A stretch of DNA of 63,632 bases, the filler included, from Lenisia limosa (taxonomy: Eukaryota > Protista > Breviatea): the NCBI GenBank assembly GCA_001655205.1. It is 7 parts of 7 records of this genome, joined end to end, with 100 filler letters (N's around TTAATTAATTAA, not from the genome) between each part and the next. Parts side by side here need not be neighbours in the genome. Positions count along the whole stretch, not along the records: positions 24,303 to 39,297 come from LPNZ01008043.1; positions 39,398 to 55,217 come from LPNZ01003904.1; 5 more parts are not named here. One strand, written 5' to 3'. Made by a program: the position numbers and the translations under genes. Below, in pieces: positions 36,801 through 50,600 of the stretch (the stretch's first letter is position 1; every line of letters starts with the position of its first letter). The notes below the pieces were generated by a model. The model saw nothing but the letters and a program-made list of their open reading frames with translations. It had not been told where the DNA came from and made no database searches.

Positions 36801-39297
36801 CCCCTTTCAACGGTACAGTTACACCTTACCCGGTATGCGGGCTTCTCTTGTAAATAGGTAGTTTCTATGTATGCCTGGAATATACAATATCAATAGTCTT
36901 CACTCATATGTTGAAATATCTTGAATTTCATTTTAATAGTGCCCTCCAAATTCGCACACCTCTTCATCTGGGGCAACTTTTGAATGTGATAATGGGTACT
37001 TCGGAAAGGACTGCAGCCAGCACGCTCGCAAAGTACGTGGGTGATGTGTATTGAGAAAGAGAGAGTGTTAAATCAATATAATAAAATAATAATGAATAAC
37101 TTAGGGTGTACATTACCATACCGTAAGTGTCCCAGCAATTGCCTCCTGATTATGATAACTTTTTAGGGCTATTATAGTCACTTGGGTACCCCTTTCCAAG
37201 CTGCTTTCGGCCACTATGTCGATATCGATTATGCAGTGGGTTAATATTCAAGCCTTATTTGAAGCCTTATGTGTAGTGGTATGTTCATTAACTTCCAGCT
37301 CTATTTTGACACTGGGATTGTTTTGGTCTACCTCCAAGTCAATACAATTAATTTGATTTATTTTCTGTTGACTTTTTCATTTTATTTTAGACACATTCTG
37401 AGGTCATTCCCTGCCCATCTCCTCTTGTTGCAAGATCTGTGAACTATTCCGGAGGGAGACGTTCAGTGAGAGAAGCCTGCATGTGTCCAGACCAAAACTA
37501 TGCCTACCCGATACTAGGCGGAGAATTGTTGTGCAAAGACATGAATATCAATATAGTGGGCTGATGGAATGCCAATATTTCTTTTGTTTTATGCTAATGT
37601 GGTTCAGTCCTTTTTTATTTTACTTGTGATTTTTTTCTTTTTATTGCGCAATAAAAAAAGGATGTAACCAACTTAAACATACTTATTTACCATGGTTATT
37701 ATTGTTTACCACATATTTTTTGTGAGAAAGGCATCTCACAAGCAGATTCCGGGTTACTACAAGGCCAACGATGGCTGGCTTGAACCGTGTCCAACAGGAC
37801 AGTCAACCACCGGTAATGCCACTTTTTGCACTGTGTGCGATGAGGCCTATGAAGTTGCGGTGAGCTGGAGCTAAATTCTGAACGTTCTGTAGGGGTGCCC
37901 TTTTGCTCATAAATCCATGAAGAACGGTCGTTGTTTTGACGATTTTCAGAGAGTCTTTGCCAGCTGTGGTGCTGCACCAGGCTTGGACTTATCAGGAATC
38001 CCTTTCCCAACCGATCAATATGGAAAGGATGGAGGAGTAATGATATTTTTTGGCGAGGTTGAGGCGCTCTGGCTCGGTTCTACTACGTAGGTGACAGTAT
38101 TGTTGGGTTGGACAGATTATGTTACATTGTTAGTAACATACTATCTTTATTCTGATATCCTTTTATACTTAATATTTGGAGAATTGCATGTTTCAACAAG
38201 ATCACAGCTTGTAAATATCAGAGCACAATTTTCCAAGGATTCATGGTGTAGTGAAATCGAAGGTCTTTGCAATCCTGGTTTCAAACTAGACACGTGAGCC
38301 GCCTTACGTTGAGTTTGAAATTATGTGACATTTATTTCTTTTATTTACAGTTATTAATACAACAGAAATCATATCTTTTATTTTCAAAGATTGTGTTCGC
38401 ATTCTTCACTCCCCCTAGTGGAATTTGCGTTCCTTGCAGCAAGGGAACTTACAAATCCTTTATTGGCAACGATGACTGTCACCAGTAGGGTGGGGGTGTA
38501 TTGGAGTAAGTTGATTCCAGATTTCGTATGATTATTTGTAAACCGTTTCCAATTCAATTTATACCTCCAATTTAACGTTAGTTCACACATTTATTATGAT
38601 CTGATATACTCTGCTTGTATTTTTTTATTTTTTTTTATTAAGATTATATTTAATAGTCCACTCCAGATAACCAATATTCGTTTAGTTGACTGTTTTTCAA
38701 AAGGTCATCACTTTTCTCGTTTTAAAAGACAGGAAGAAGGTCATAAGACCCTCTGGGCCTCTCGATATTAAATCATGGTCATCTCAACTTCTATAGATGT
38801 CCTCCAGGATTTGGCCACACTCTTATTGGTGCCACCAGCGTCCATGAATGCAAGAAATGCGTAACAGGACAATTCAGTAATGGTGATGGAATGTGAGAGG
38901 GATGTTTAAGGATATAAGTACATTTTCTATTTGGCAGAGGGTGGAAAATGAACAACCCAGAGATAAACATTTATCTTAACTAATTAACGCTCTTTGTGTG
39001 CAAAATAATATAACTTGCTTAGGCATGTTAGCAAAAAAGAATGGAGATATTAGTGATTGAAATGCCATGGAAGCTAGTTTTAGATTGTCTTTTATGATTA
39101 CTTAAAACAATTTCAAAACAATTTCATTTTCAGGTGTCAAAGTTGCGCTAGCGTTGGCGGGGCCCGTACGTTATACCCTGGAAGTTATGGGCAAAATGCA
39201 TGCTTTTCGTCATCAGGTTTGATTGGTATCTTGTTAGGTGTTGAAAGACTTATTCTAAATATTTATTTTGTTCCTAAATAGAGCGGTATTTGCCAAT
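27835..39297 (+). CDS. Giant secreted/surface Cys-rich protein with GCC2/GCC3 (ephrin-receptor-like) and EGF-like repeats, 3' partial
   Basis: Signal peptide MGLLLLITAILLGLQPCVA, then dozens of small exons such as CSPGFGGSPCDLCLGNNIGVKGECQPCVGNTIPNDDRTVC, CQECPKGTFSDGKGNCHVC, CQPCSVGFYSNENSTC, CVKCQPGFARTSLDDPFC, CPAGSYFSLADQSC and CVPCSKGTYKSFIGNDDC. Confidence 0.85.
29740..30154. mobile_element. Older hAT-like non-autonomous element with GGATCC subterminal repeats
   Basis: Starts TAGGGCTATATTTCCGGATTCGGATCC, has clustered GGATC(C) motifs at both ends and an AT-rich core; flanks gcgattaa / gcaattaa (7/8). The right TIR is degenerate. Confidence 0.45.
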
Positions 39298-39397
39298 NNN
39301 NNNNNNNNNNNNNNNNNNNNNNNNNNNNNNNNNNNNNNNNNTTAATTAATTAANNNNNNNNNNNNNNNNNNNNNNNNNNNNNNNNNNNNNNNNNNNN
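39298..39397. other. Artificial contig spacer
   Basis: N44-TTAATTAATTAA-N44. Confidence 0.95.
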
Positions 39398-39700
39398 GTC
39401 CACCATTTGAGTTGATAATGGCCAAGTCGATTAGGTCTTTAATTGCAGATGAGCTTCGGAGGTCGGTTTGACACCAGATTCGCGCAATTTTGTGTCAAGT
39501 AGATATCATGCATTCTCAATGTTCAAATCTGGACTTTGTGCAGGCCAATCCATCATTTCATATTGGGCATTGTCAAATTTATATCTAAGCAGCAAGAATA
39601 TAGAATTAAAAAGCGGATGAAAAGTGGTAACGATATATAATACACTGAACTTACTTTTGCCGTGTACTTTGGGTCGTTATCCTAATGAAACATTGTTTTT
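39398..39700 (-). pseudogene. Degenerate Tc1/IS630 (DD34E-type) transposase relic
   Basis: The minus strand reads MFH*DNDPKYTAK (cf. FQQDNDPKHT) at ~39654-39693 and MDWPAQSPDLN-IENA*YLL (cf. WPSQSPDLNPIENLW) at ~39500-39553. It has two nonsense changes and a 1-codon deletion. Confidence 0.85.
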
Positions 39701-40674
39701 TAATTGGCACATGCTAAACTGCTAATTTCAACTTTTATGAAACTCTATCTTTTTGATATATTACGTCCCAAATAGCTCATAAAATGTTCAAGATACAGTC
39801 TCAAAACACTTTCAGGACTTTAACTTACAAATGCTCAGGAATATCATTAAGTGTTACGTAAAAATAATAGTACCGTAAAACGTGCAGTTAGAAATTGTGG
39901 AAAATCATCAAATTTAGCCGTTTTTTAATGTTTTTAAAAAACTTGCCTTANNNNNNNNNNNNNNNNNNNNNNNNNNNNNNNNNNNNNNNNNNNNNNNNNN
40001 NNNNNNNNNNNNNNNNNNNNNNNNNNNNNNNNNNNNNNNNNNNNNNNNNNNNNNNNNNNNNNNNNNNNNNNNNNNNNNNNNNNNGTTTAACATATTATCG
40101 GGTCAAAACCAAATTAAGTCCCTAAGCTCTATTTACGGTCCAAAAACGGTCAAAAACAAGCAAAAACCGTGATAAAAGGCCACATTCAAGGAATAAATGG
40201 CAACTATCCGGGAAAGTTTACCCCTGTAGACAGTGCTATTTTTAGCATTTTTTCCTCAAAATTCACCATTACATAGCCAAAGCAAATGGGAACCCGGAAC
40301 CAATTACTCCGAGGGGTACAAATTTTTGTTTCTTAACACTAAAAGAGGGTAAGATTCAGAAAAAAATCCCTGTGAAAAGGCAAAAGGGGGAGACCAAATT
40401 CACGGATTTTTGACATTTGCTCAAAATTGAAAAAACAAGTTAGGGAACATTAGGAGGTCCATTTCTCTATGTATCTGTCGAAGCATTTTTCAAAATGTCT
40501 GGGAATTTTGAATGATGTCCGGAGCTTTGAGGACCCACATATATATCATAGAAGATGTACATGTACGTGAATAGTAGTTGTGTAGTATTATGTGTTGTTC
40601 TTACTCGGTAACTTGGTCGTATTGAATTGTATTTGTTTATTTCCTTCTTTTTTTTTTGGGTAACACCATCGCTT

Positions 40675-43600
40675 AGAGCCCTACAGAGCCGACTTTGACG
40701 ATCGGCGATACTCTGATTCTGAAGACGGGTCGGACTGGCATGCAGACAGAGAGGATGAAAGTGGGATCAAAAGTGCATGTGCTTTCTCATTCGCAGTCAT
40801 CAATTTGACCAACTGTTTAGACTCTGATCGAGATGGTTGGGATGATGATGTGGAAGATAATGCTCTTGAATTGATGCTAAAAATCCTCCCGGCCTCTGAG
40901 GTAAGTTCAGAAAAAGAGAAAACAAACTCATTTTTGTACTCTCCGAAAGTCTGACTCTTCAGAGGCCTGAAGTTCTGAAGCGCCTTGGTGGAAGGAGACA
41001 AATGGGAATTGTTGAAGATATTATTGAAGAGGTGGGTGAAAATGTGAAGATTTCAACTCTTTATTGTTCTGCTCAAATCTCTTTTTTTATGTAGGTGTCT
41101 ATTGAGTTGGAAAAAAAAGAGATGAAACAGAATGCTGAAAACCGTGATATGGTAAGGTCAGTTTTTTTTCTCTTTTTTACCTGCTCTTATCAAAGGTGAA
41201 ATGAGAAAGTCAATTTCATACTTCTAGTCGCGAGTTGACACGTCGAATTGGCACTCTAGTCCGACTTCATGCAGTGTACCAACTAATGTGCAAGATTTAC
41301 CAAAACCCAAGGGTTTTGTGAGGACTGCTGTCAATAATAATTAATGTTCTCATGGTCCAAATCCAAATGTAGTATGGTTTAAAGTTATGATGATAATAAA
41401 TAAATACCCTTGGAGACATCGAAGTTGCATAGAAGTAGATATTTGGGCACAAAAGTAGTACATAGTATGTATAATATTCCGTGTCTTGCATAGAGATGGC
41501 CTGCCTCTACCTTGGGCCTGCCACTGCCACTGCCCGGTGCAACAAGGCACGGGGCTGAGGCTGGTTGGCATGCAGGGCTGGGTACCTGAAGGTTAGAAGT
41601 AGGAGAGGTATAAAAGTAAGCCTCGTAGAACTCAACCGGTGTGATTCAATACACCTGTCTGCTTGCTTCACTTGGCTTGCCCCTGGAAGTACTTTTTAAC
41701 CTCCTGCTTGCCTCCTGTGTACTGTATTGTTTTAGCCCATCTTGAGCCCATCCTCCTCACCTCCTGCTCCTAGACTCCCCCCACCCAAACTCAACCAGTT
41801 GCCCCCAAGAGGTATAAAGTCCCCTCCCCCGCCCAGTACCGGCATTTGCTCAGCTCACTCGTGGACTCGTGGCTCACGCACACTCACTCACGCGACGGTG
41901 ATAGTGAGGTCGCTCCCTCCTTCTTGCGTCCTCCTCCCCCAATAATTGCTTGAGAATTGCCAATAAAGCACCCCACACAATCTGACAACACAACATACAC
42001 AAACAACCCCTCCTCCCTTCACACATCACCCGAGCCACCCCTCCCATGAAGGCATGAAGTTAATAATAGGTTAATAGGTAGGCCTAGGGTTTTACATATA
42101 AAAAGAAAGGGCTTGATTCCATTGGAGCTTCATACCCCCTCGCTGAAGACTATTATCTGTTTTCTCAATGATAAGATGGTAAGCCAGCTTATGCTCATCA
42201 TACATTTCATACATTATGTTAGATCCTCACTGCTTAGGTCACTTTGTCTTCTGTTTTTTCTTATCAAAAACACCTTAGTTTAGTACTGATTTCTTTTCTT
42301 ACTTTTTGTTTATTGGTAGGTTAATTCCTGATTTGTTTTAACAGTTTAGCTTTTTTTCTTTGTTTCCCTACAGTGGACTGGGGGTGATTATTATGAACAA
42401 CTCCTCCCAGATGGAACATACCAGCCCCTTGGATTGGTGGACCCCTTTCCTGTCTCTTCATTCATAAATTTGCGCCCTTGGCATGCCAAATTTTCTGGTA
42501 GACTCAAGTTTACTTCTCCTATTCCATTCCGTCCCTCCAATAAGTTTAAGTTATTTTTGTTCACCAGGACTTTACCTTATGTTTGCCAAATAGAATCTCC
42601 CTTGCTGGACCCATACACTGAAAAATACATCAAGCGTACCAAAAAGTCGAAAATTAAAATCCCTCCTCTTGGCTACAATGTTTGCCTTCAATTTGTTGTG
42701 GAATTTGACTTGACACTAATCTGATTTTGTCTTTAGCTACCAGTGCTTTCTGATGAAAAGATAAATGGTTTGAAAGATTCCCAGAAGAGTAGGGAAACCC
42801 AAATGCAAGATGGCATTGATCAACTTAATCGTGATAGAAACCAAAAACGTTTGGATGGCTTTTTTTATTATTAAAAATTTAGATCAGCTATCCCCATATT
42901 TTGTAAAAAATCCTCCACACATAATGAAAATTGTTTTGGAATGCAGTGGAAATGCGTTGATGCCAAAGACATATCCTTCTCTTAATCAGGTTTGAAGAGA
43001 ATAGCCTTTGGTATATTCACCGTATCACCCCTCCTAGTTATGTTATATAAATCCATAATTTAATATCATATCATATGATATGTCATTTAAAGTCTAAACT
43101 TTCATCTTTTCATGGGGAATCACAATACCTTTTTTAATATTAAATAATTTTGAGAAGAATACAATCAGGGGAAACATGTAAATAATACTGAGTAATCATT
43201 TATTTACATTTAGATTGGTACTTCTGGATCTCCAAACTGGTTCACCTTTCATTTCCCCAAGTACCATCGTTATCATCATGGAACGTCTTTTGATAACCGC
43301 ATGGGGCTTAATACGGGATTCCCTTCTTCATCAAGGGCTTGGGTTAGTGGGAGACTTGATGAGATGTACTTCACTTTTTTTTTCTGTAATACTCTAGAAA
43401 GGCTCTGTTGTCGGTATTCTTGGCCCTTTAGATATTGACTTTGACTTAAATGAACATGTTCCTGGCACTGTATGTGATTGTGGTGTGTGTTTTAATCTTA
43501 TCTCCATTGTTTTGTACTCCTCATCAAATCAGATACCTATTCGCCAATATATCACAAACAAAGCGTCTTTGTCATCATCTATGTTTTCATGTACGAGGGA

Positions 43601-44630
43601 TGAAGCTTTAAGGAATAGACTGGCATATTTTTTTAATGGTTTAGCTCTTGGATGGCTCTCTTTGGAAGCCACACATTCTGACAACCTTCAATATGAAATA
43701 GATAATAGCAAGTTTGGTTTTGGTCTGAAAGAACCTGTTGGTTGCTTTGTTCTTTTGTTTTACTATTCTCAGATTTTTGACCTTTGGGTTGTAGAGAATA
43801 AAACTCTTCCAAGAACGTCAGCTATGAGGCAATTTATCGAAAATTACTCGGAAAAAGCCCCATTGTACTCTTATTTACAGGTGAATCATGTGGCAGATTT
43901 AAATGTGATCGATTTCTCATATGATATACTAATCAAATCATATTATGTACGAAAAGTGATATATACTAGTATTAATTCAACTTATCGCTACTGCTCAAGT
44001 TATATGTATAATATACTATTGCTACTCAAAGAATCTATTGATCAAAATGTTTTTTTAAGTGTAACGTAGACAGCTAGTAAGAGCTCATGTAGCAACATTT
44101 TCAAACTGCTGCGAAGCAGAAGATGTGGTTTGTGATTATCTTATTTTAGCTGGTTTCATCCTTTCTAATCATCTTATTTTCTCTTTAGTTGTCTTCAGGT
44201 ATAATTCAAAAGGCAATGCAATTGGCAAAGAAAAAGAAGTACCCCCAAGTTATAATTATCGTTGGGGATCATGGTCTCAGCTTCGGTCGATTCTTGGCCT
44301 CGGAACAAGGTATTCAATTTGAAACAAACTGTGAATCACTGTTTAGGATTATTTGATGAAAATAACCCCTTCCTCAGTCTACTTCTTTCACCAGATATTG
44401 TTAAACATTATCCTGAACTGAGGTTTTCTTTTTATGTAACCAGTCTGGCCCTTCAAGAAAATACACGAGGTGTTGTTGCACCGGCTGATGTTGACAAAAC
44501 TCTTCGGTTGGTATCAAACTTTTTTACAAGATGACTAGATGGGAAATCCTTTATCGTTCCAGACATTTTGCTTCGTACCCCCTTGGTTTATATGATGATC
44601 GTAGACAGAATCATTGGCACGAAAAAGTTG
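40675..44630 (+). CDS. Multi-exon hypothetical protein
   Basis: Consistent GT-AG exon chain, e.g. DSDRDGWDDDVEDNALELMLKILPASE|RPEVLKRLGGRRQMG, IGTSGSPNWFTFHFPKYHRYHHG, IPIRQYITNK...LAYFFNGLALGWLS and YNYRWGSWSQLRSILG. No family recognised; both ends are approximate. Confidence 0.6.
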
Positions 44631-44637
44631 TTTTTTA

Positions 44638-47600
44638 TCAAATAAAAGATTGCTCGAAGTCTATTAGTTCCAATTGAATCACGAAAGTGTTCAGATATTG
44701 GAGTTCCTGGCTCACACTGCAATTGCAATTCAAAGGGAATATTGGATGGGCGAACTTATGTAAGCACTCTATCCCAACTGCATAATTTTTAGAACGAAAA
44801 TACTGGACTTGGTCCCCGAGACAAAGAACTCCTCTTTGACACTGCTGCACCACCCGATGTTTTCGCAGACTATCCACAAAAAAGCACTCAACAGTCTTTT
44901 TCTCATCAGGTTTGTTTGGTAATGAAAGTTTGCTCAATAATTTACCCTACAGGAAATTGGAAGTTTTCTTCGGAGTGTCTTTTACGAAAAAATCCAAAAG
45001 GAGTTTGGAAGTTCTGAAGCAATGAAGGACTTGTGCATTATGAAACCAACGATTCATATGGAGGCTGTTCAATTTCTCAGGTTTGGACATTACTCTAATT
45101 TGTGATGAACTTACAAATTTTGGTGAACTGTCCAATCCAATAATCAAACAAGTGAGCGGTGACGTAGTATTACTCTGTTTTCTATTCCAAACTCTTGCAT
45201 AATAGAGTTTTTTGAACCCTCTTTCTCAGTTGATCCGTCTTACACACCTTCAGTACTACAAAGTCATCTTCTGGACCAGCGAACTAGGCGGGCGAGACCC
45301 CTCCTTCCCTCCACTCTTTCAAGCCTATATCCACTACATAAACCCTAATCAAGTAAATACAACCTTGTAATTTATTCTTCTAACCTCTAACAGAAAGATG
45401 CCAAAACCCAGTCTTCAAGGTGGAGGTATCACTTCAATCGACTTCAGTCTGTAAGCTTTTCTACAACATCTGTTTTTTATCAATTGAAGAATCAAGCCAT
45501 AAATTACAAATACATTTACTAATAATAACAGGGTTCGCTTCAATTGTTCAAACTGGAGCAATTGTCATCTTACGCCAGATTTGTAAAATGCCTCCCTCCT
45601 TCTGCTCGTAAAGTAACTAAGAAGAAAATGTTATGTATCTGTAAATGAACAGAGCTCTTTCAGTTTCTTGAAATGTTTCATAATCTAAGGTGTGAGAGTG
45701 CAAAAAACCTGACATGGGGCTCGTTGAGAGATTTGGAATTAATTCGACCGACTCCCGGAAGAAGAGATTTGACAAACCAAATGTACATCTTTATCAGAAA
45801 AAAAAGTAACTGAAGTCTGAAGCTGAAGTGAATTTGAGAAGAGATACGTCCATCTTGAAGCCATAAACTGGGCTCTTGAAAAAGCTGTTTCGGCGATATC
45901 TTTTCGAAGAACTATAACCGCTTCAGCTTCTTCCACATGATACATATATTGTTCAATCAGAACATTCTTTTCTTGATCAAGCTGCCGAAGAAACTAGGAA
46001 TATTATCATTTGATGAGCAATTGCGGTAAAAATGTCGGTTAACTCAAACCGTAGCATTTGCTTGCTTGCAAAATTGGAGGAAAGGAAAAAGATGAGTCAT
46101 GCGAGCCAAAACCTTAGTTCGTGGGCAAGTCAAGGAAATTGGCTTATAGAACTGATGCCAGGTATCAAACTGAATCATCAAAATACATTGTGAAAAAGGG
46201 AATTAAATCAAAGGGTAAAAAACTATAAACTGTGATATGATAGTACCATATCAAATCCTGTGATATTTGACTGACAAGTCTCAATGATACTCTGATATAC
46301 TTGGAATAAATCCTCGTGTTATCTTCTTTAATCACATCAACTTTTAAAGATGACCCAAAGTAATATATAACGCCTCCAAGATGATAGATCCTTTCAACAG
46401 TTCCTTACCTCAACAGAGGAACGAGTCCAATTCGATAAGATACTCAGGGGGGTTTTCTGAAGTATAAGAACAGTGAAACGAGAAGATGAGGAAAGACATT
46501 CAACCCACCTCATTACGTTGTTTATCAAACTCATTGAGAGATGACGTAATTGATAGCAGACCACTAGTGAATAAAAAGAAAGGAGTGAGTTTAATACTTA
46601 CAACTCTTGGCTTTTTTTGTTTCCTGAAGCCTGAAAGGGTAAACAAACAAATTGACTTCAAACTGCCTACCAGGTCGTTCCATATATGTAGAATCTTCAG
46701 GCAAAGCTGTTCAGTTCGTCTTTGGGAAAATAGAGTTTCACATATATTTCTTGCTTTGTGCTCACAAGAATATTGAAGCCATCTAAATTTTAAGAGGAAA
46801 CGCAAAAAATGTTCAATATTAAAAAAACTAACTTCAAGAATAGTAATTTTTGAAGAGAAATGTAGTTGTGCGCAGAAGAGAGAGTTAAACTGATTGAGTT
46901 CTGCCGTTTCTTGTCATAATCATTGTCAAACCGTCAGCCTCTGTGCAGTTGGTTTTACCCAACTTCTTCTCACAATTTTATTTTCAGTAATAATTGCTCG
47001 CCATGCTTTAAACATTATGAATAAATAGAAGAGTTTTTGAAGTTTAATCAATTTTTCATGAGTTTTAACCAGTCTAAAACATAATTAAATATATTAAACA
47101 AAATATGAGAGGTTGTTACTCACTTGGTAGATTTTTGGACAAGTTTTTTGAGATAGAGTGTATTTGCTTTAGTTTCTGCTTCATTTAATCTAAACAACTT
47201 TAAAACATTTCACAAAATTCTTAACATAATATCCTCTTACTTGACATTATCTCTCAGTCCGTAAAAAGCTTGTGCGAAATACCACTTAGTCTGAAAGAGA
47301 TTAGATGTGAAAGAATCCCACAATCCTTGACGAGTGATCGAAATGGACATCATAGAGGATTTGAACAACTCTTTTACCAATGGTAAAATGGGCTGAACTG
47401 ACTCGATTTGCAAGATCCTGAGTTAGGATTGACAACTAACAAGTCCTTCCTTCTCATGGTCCATCACTTGAGAAACATTGGAAAAGATTGAATAAGAGTC
47501 TGCCATACTGAAAGATAAATTATAATCTTTATTACCTTTCATTTTCTTGAGTTTCAGCTGCAGTATTGAGTGCCTAAGATATAAGGAAGGATAAAGTAAA

Positions 47601-50600
47601 TAAGAATCAAGGCGTTTCTTTAAAACAAAACTCACGCGTTGTGAGTTGTTGTTTTTTTGTATTTCGAGCTTTCTGATAACTTCTTGATTTCGTTCAGTGC
47701 TGCTCTAAGTTGAAGTAAAACATGAGGGTACACCAAGGAAAACGGATTTCAAAAAGTGAATAAAAGTTGACAGCTTCATACATTTAATTTGACTAAGAAA
47801 CGAGAGCGTTCGGTTTCTCTCAAAATTCTTTCCTGGTGTCGTCTTTGTAGCCTATTTGTGATACTTTGCCCAGAGTTTTGTAAATCAAGCTGAACACTGG
47901 TGAAAAAATGAAAAGACTATTGTTGATAAACAAGTGTTTTCCATTTCTTGAAGACCCGTGATGTGGTAGATCTCCATCCAAGAATTGCTGAATATCTCAC
48001 CTTTCTGTGCCATTCAACGTTTCTTGAAAGGTAAAAAATACAAAGAAAACAAACCGTTTCAAAGCCAAAAAGACTTTAATCCCAACTCTTCGCCGAGCAA
48101 ATATTTTGACTTTATGGATTTCAACTTCCTTCTGAACAAAATAGGAGTGTATACTTTGTCTAATAAGTTCGTTTGTATCTGTAGGTGTGAAGTTGAAGAA
48201 GAAACAAACGATTCAAAAACTGGCCAAAGATCCGAGGAAAGGGGGGAAGGCAAGCAATTCCAAAAATATGAACCAATCTGCGCGCCACAGGAAAGTTTGC
48301 TAACTCTGTTTGTAATGTTGTCAAGAGTGTACTCTGTTGTTTGACTAAAAAAGAAGTGAAAAGAAGTTTAAGCAAACAATTAGGTCCATAATTGAAACTC
48401 TGTCCAGAATTATTTGTGGCAAAAGAAGCCATAAATAGTCTAGTTCGAAGCTCAAGGGAATACCTGGAGGATTAAGAGAAGATTTGAACCAACTTTGTGT
48501 AGATGTGCCAGGCCATGAACGTCAATTCCCGAGTTGCAAACCGAGAAAGAAAATGTGAAAAGTTCTTTTGCTGAAGTTGCTGTTTTCTACAAGATAAGCA
48601 TGAAGTAGACTTACACCATAATTCTGTTCTGGATAATTAGAGCCCATTCCTTGAGTACTGCAGTTTTAATTTTCTAAGTTAGAGACAAAATGAACTTTCT
48701 CACGCTGTAGCTTTGTCACAAATACAATCCTCGATTTCCAAGCTTTATACGCAGCGTATTCTTTCCAAGCTATGATGATCCTTCTTTTCATAATCTTGAA
48801 TAATAATTATCAAAAAACATGTTCCCAGACTTCAGCAATAAAACTACCTTTGCTTTGTCTAGAAATTAGTATGATATCAAAATAACCAATCGAAAAAGCA
48901 AAAATCGACTAACTTGTATCGCTTTTGAAGGGATATTGAGGCCCATGTACAAAAAGGAACTAAAAGAACTTCTCGTCGCAGGGCTCTATTTTCTTGGGCT
49001 TCTTGAAAGATAAAAATTGGAAAAAAAATTGCTTTCTAGCATAGTAGAAACCATAATCCCAAAAGATACTTATCACTACTGATTAAACTGATCTTTTCTG
49101 GCCTGAACAATAAATCATACCTTCTCGCCAGCATAAAAATGCGGTTTTCAAAAGGTCTGTCCGAGACAGTGATGGAGTTGAAGTGGTTGTAATTAATGAT
49201 GACGCTAAGGCGTAAGGACTAAATAAAAAATATTGGCAAATTTCAATTGACAAGAATATTATAATACATATTCAACCTACACCCATAATACCCATTACTA
49301 TTCTCATTTGTAAGAAAATATCTTACCAATATTAAGCCATCCACTTTCTTCCTTTTCTGGCTCTTCAGATTCTGAAATTTTTGCCTCTTCATCTGGTTCA
49401 GAATGATTATTGTCGTCAGACTCAGAAGATGTTGAAAAATTGTTGCCCTCCAAAAGGGTCATAATGTATGAGCGGATTTCTTCACCTAAAGAGATCATGA
49501 GATGGAATGATATGAGCACCCCCCCCCCCCANNNNNNNNNNNNNNNNNNNNNNNNNNNNNNNNNNNNNNNNNNNNNNNNNNNNNNNNNNNNNNNNNNNNN
49601 NNNNATGCCACCATACTAGGTTGAGATACTCTTCGCGTGTTCACTGCGCTTTTTTCTGGTTCAGTTAGAGGGAGTGACGAAAATCAAAAACTGTTTTAAT
49701 TGCTGAAAAACAACGCAGAGTTCACCAACTTTTGTAACATTTGAACTGGGCAACTGCGTTACTAACAGCAATTCGTTGTCGGACCACTTTGAGCGCTGTA
49801 TTTTGCCCCGTGATGCCAAAGTAAAGCAAAGAAAAACAACCTTTAAGTAGCCTTGTTGAATAGCTTATATTTACTGATTCAGTTTGTAAAGGTTGCTTGT
49901 TAACAATCTGAGGAGAATCCTCGGTAATTTGAGCTACAACTAAGATGTAATATACAGCAGTACATTGTCAACTGAATGACCACCCATGCTACCCACCAGT
50001 TTCCTGATCAGATTTATCCGAACTATTTTCAATTGGTGCAGAAAGTGAGCCAGCCCTAAAGTTAAGAAGTAATAATAACAAACTTAAACGAAGAAGAAAA
50101 GAGAATTGGTAGTTGGTTTTGAGATAATGGGTAAGAATGGGGAGCTATCTCAACCGAAGACTCTGATGCTGCCTTCTCACTACGCTTGATTTGGACAGGC
50201 TCATACAGTTCATCCTCAGAGAGAGAAAGTTTGTCATGGTACTGAGAAGGAGGACAAACTTCATGAAGGCTTGAAAGAAGATAATCTAGTTCACCTGCCA
50301 TCTACATATTTTTGATGAGACTTGTAAAAAAAAGAGAAGGCTTCAAAAATGGATTTCTTGTTACGAACTAGTATGAGGCTCACCATTGTTAATAGATACG
50401 AAGCTTCACCAGGGTGCAATTGGTCCTTTACAGAGTAAAAAGCGGATTGCAACTGTTTTTGGGCTTCACAGATTTGTCTTTCAAGTGTCGCACTAATTGG
50501 TCAGAACATTTCACACCAAGTAAAAGAATACTATTCATCAATACTGGCAACCCAAGTTGACACTTTTTTATCCTACTCTTGAAGAGGGTACAGTGGAAGA

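Noticed and set aside
40085-40560. AT-rich segment with A/T runs resembling a DNA-transposon end next to the Tc1 relic
   Set aside because: No matching inverted repeat or TSD could be identified within the window.
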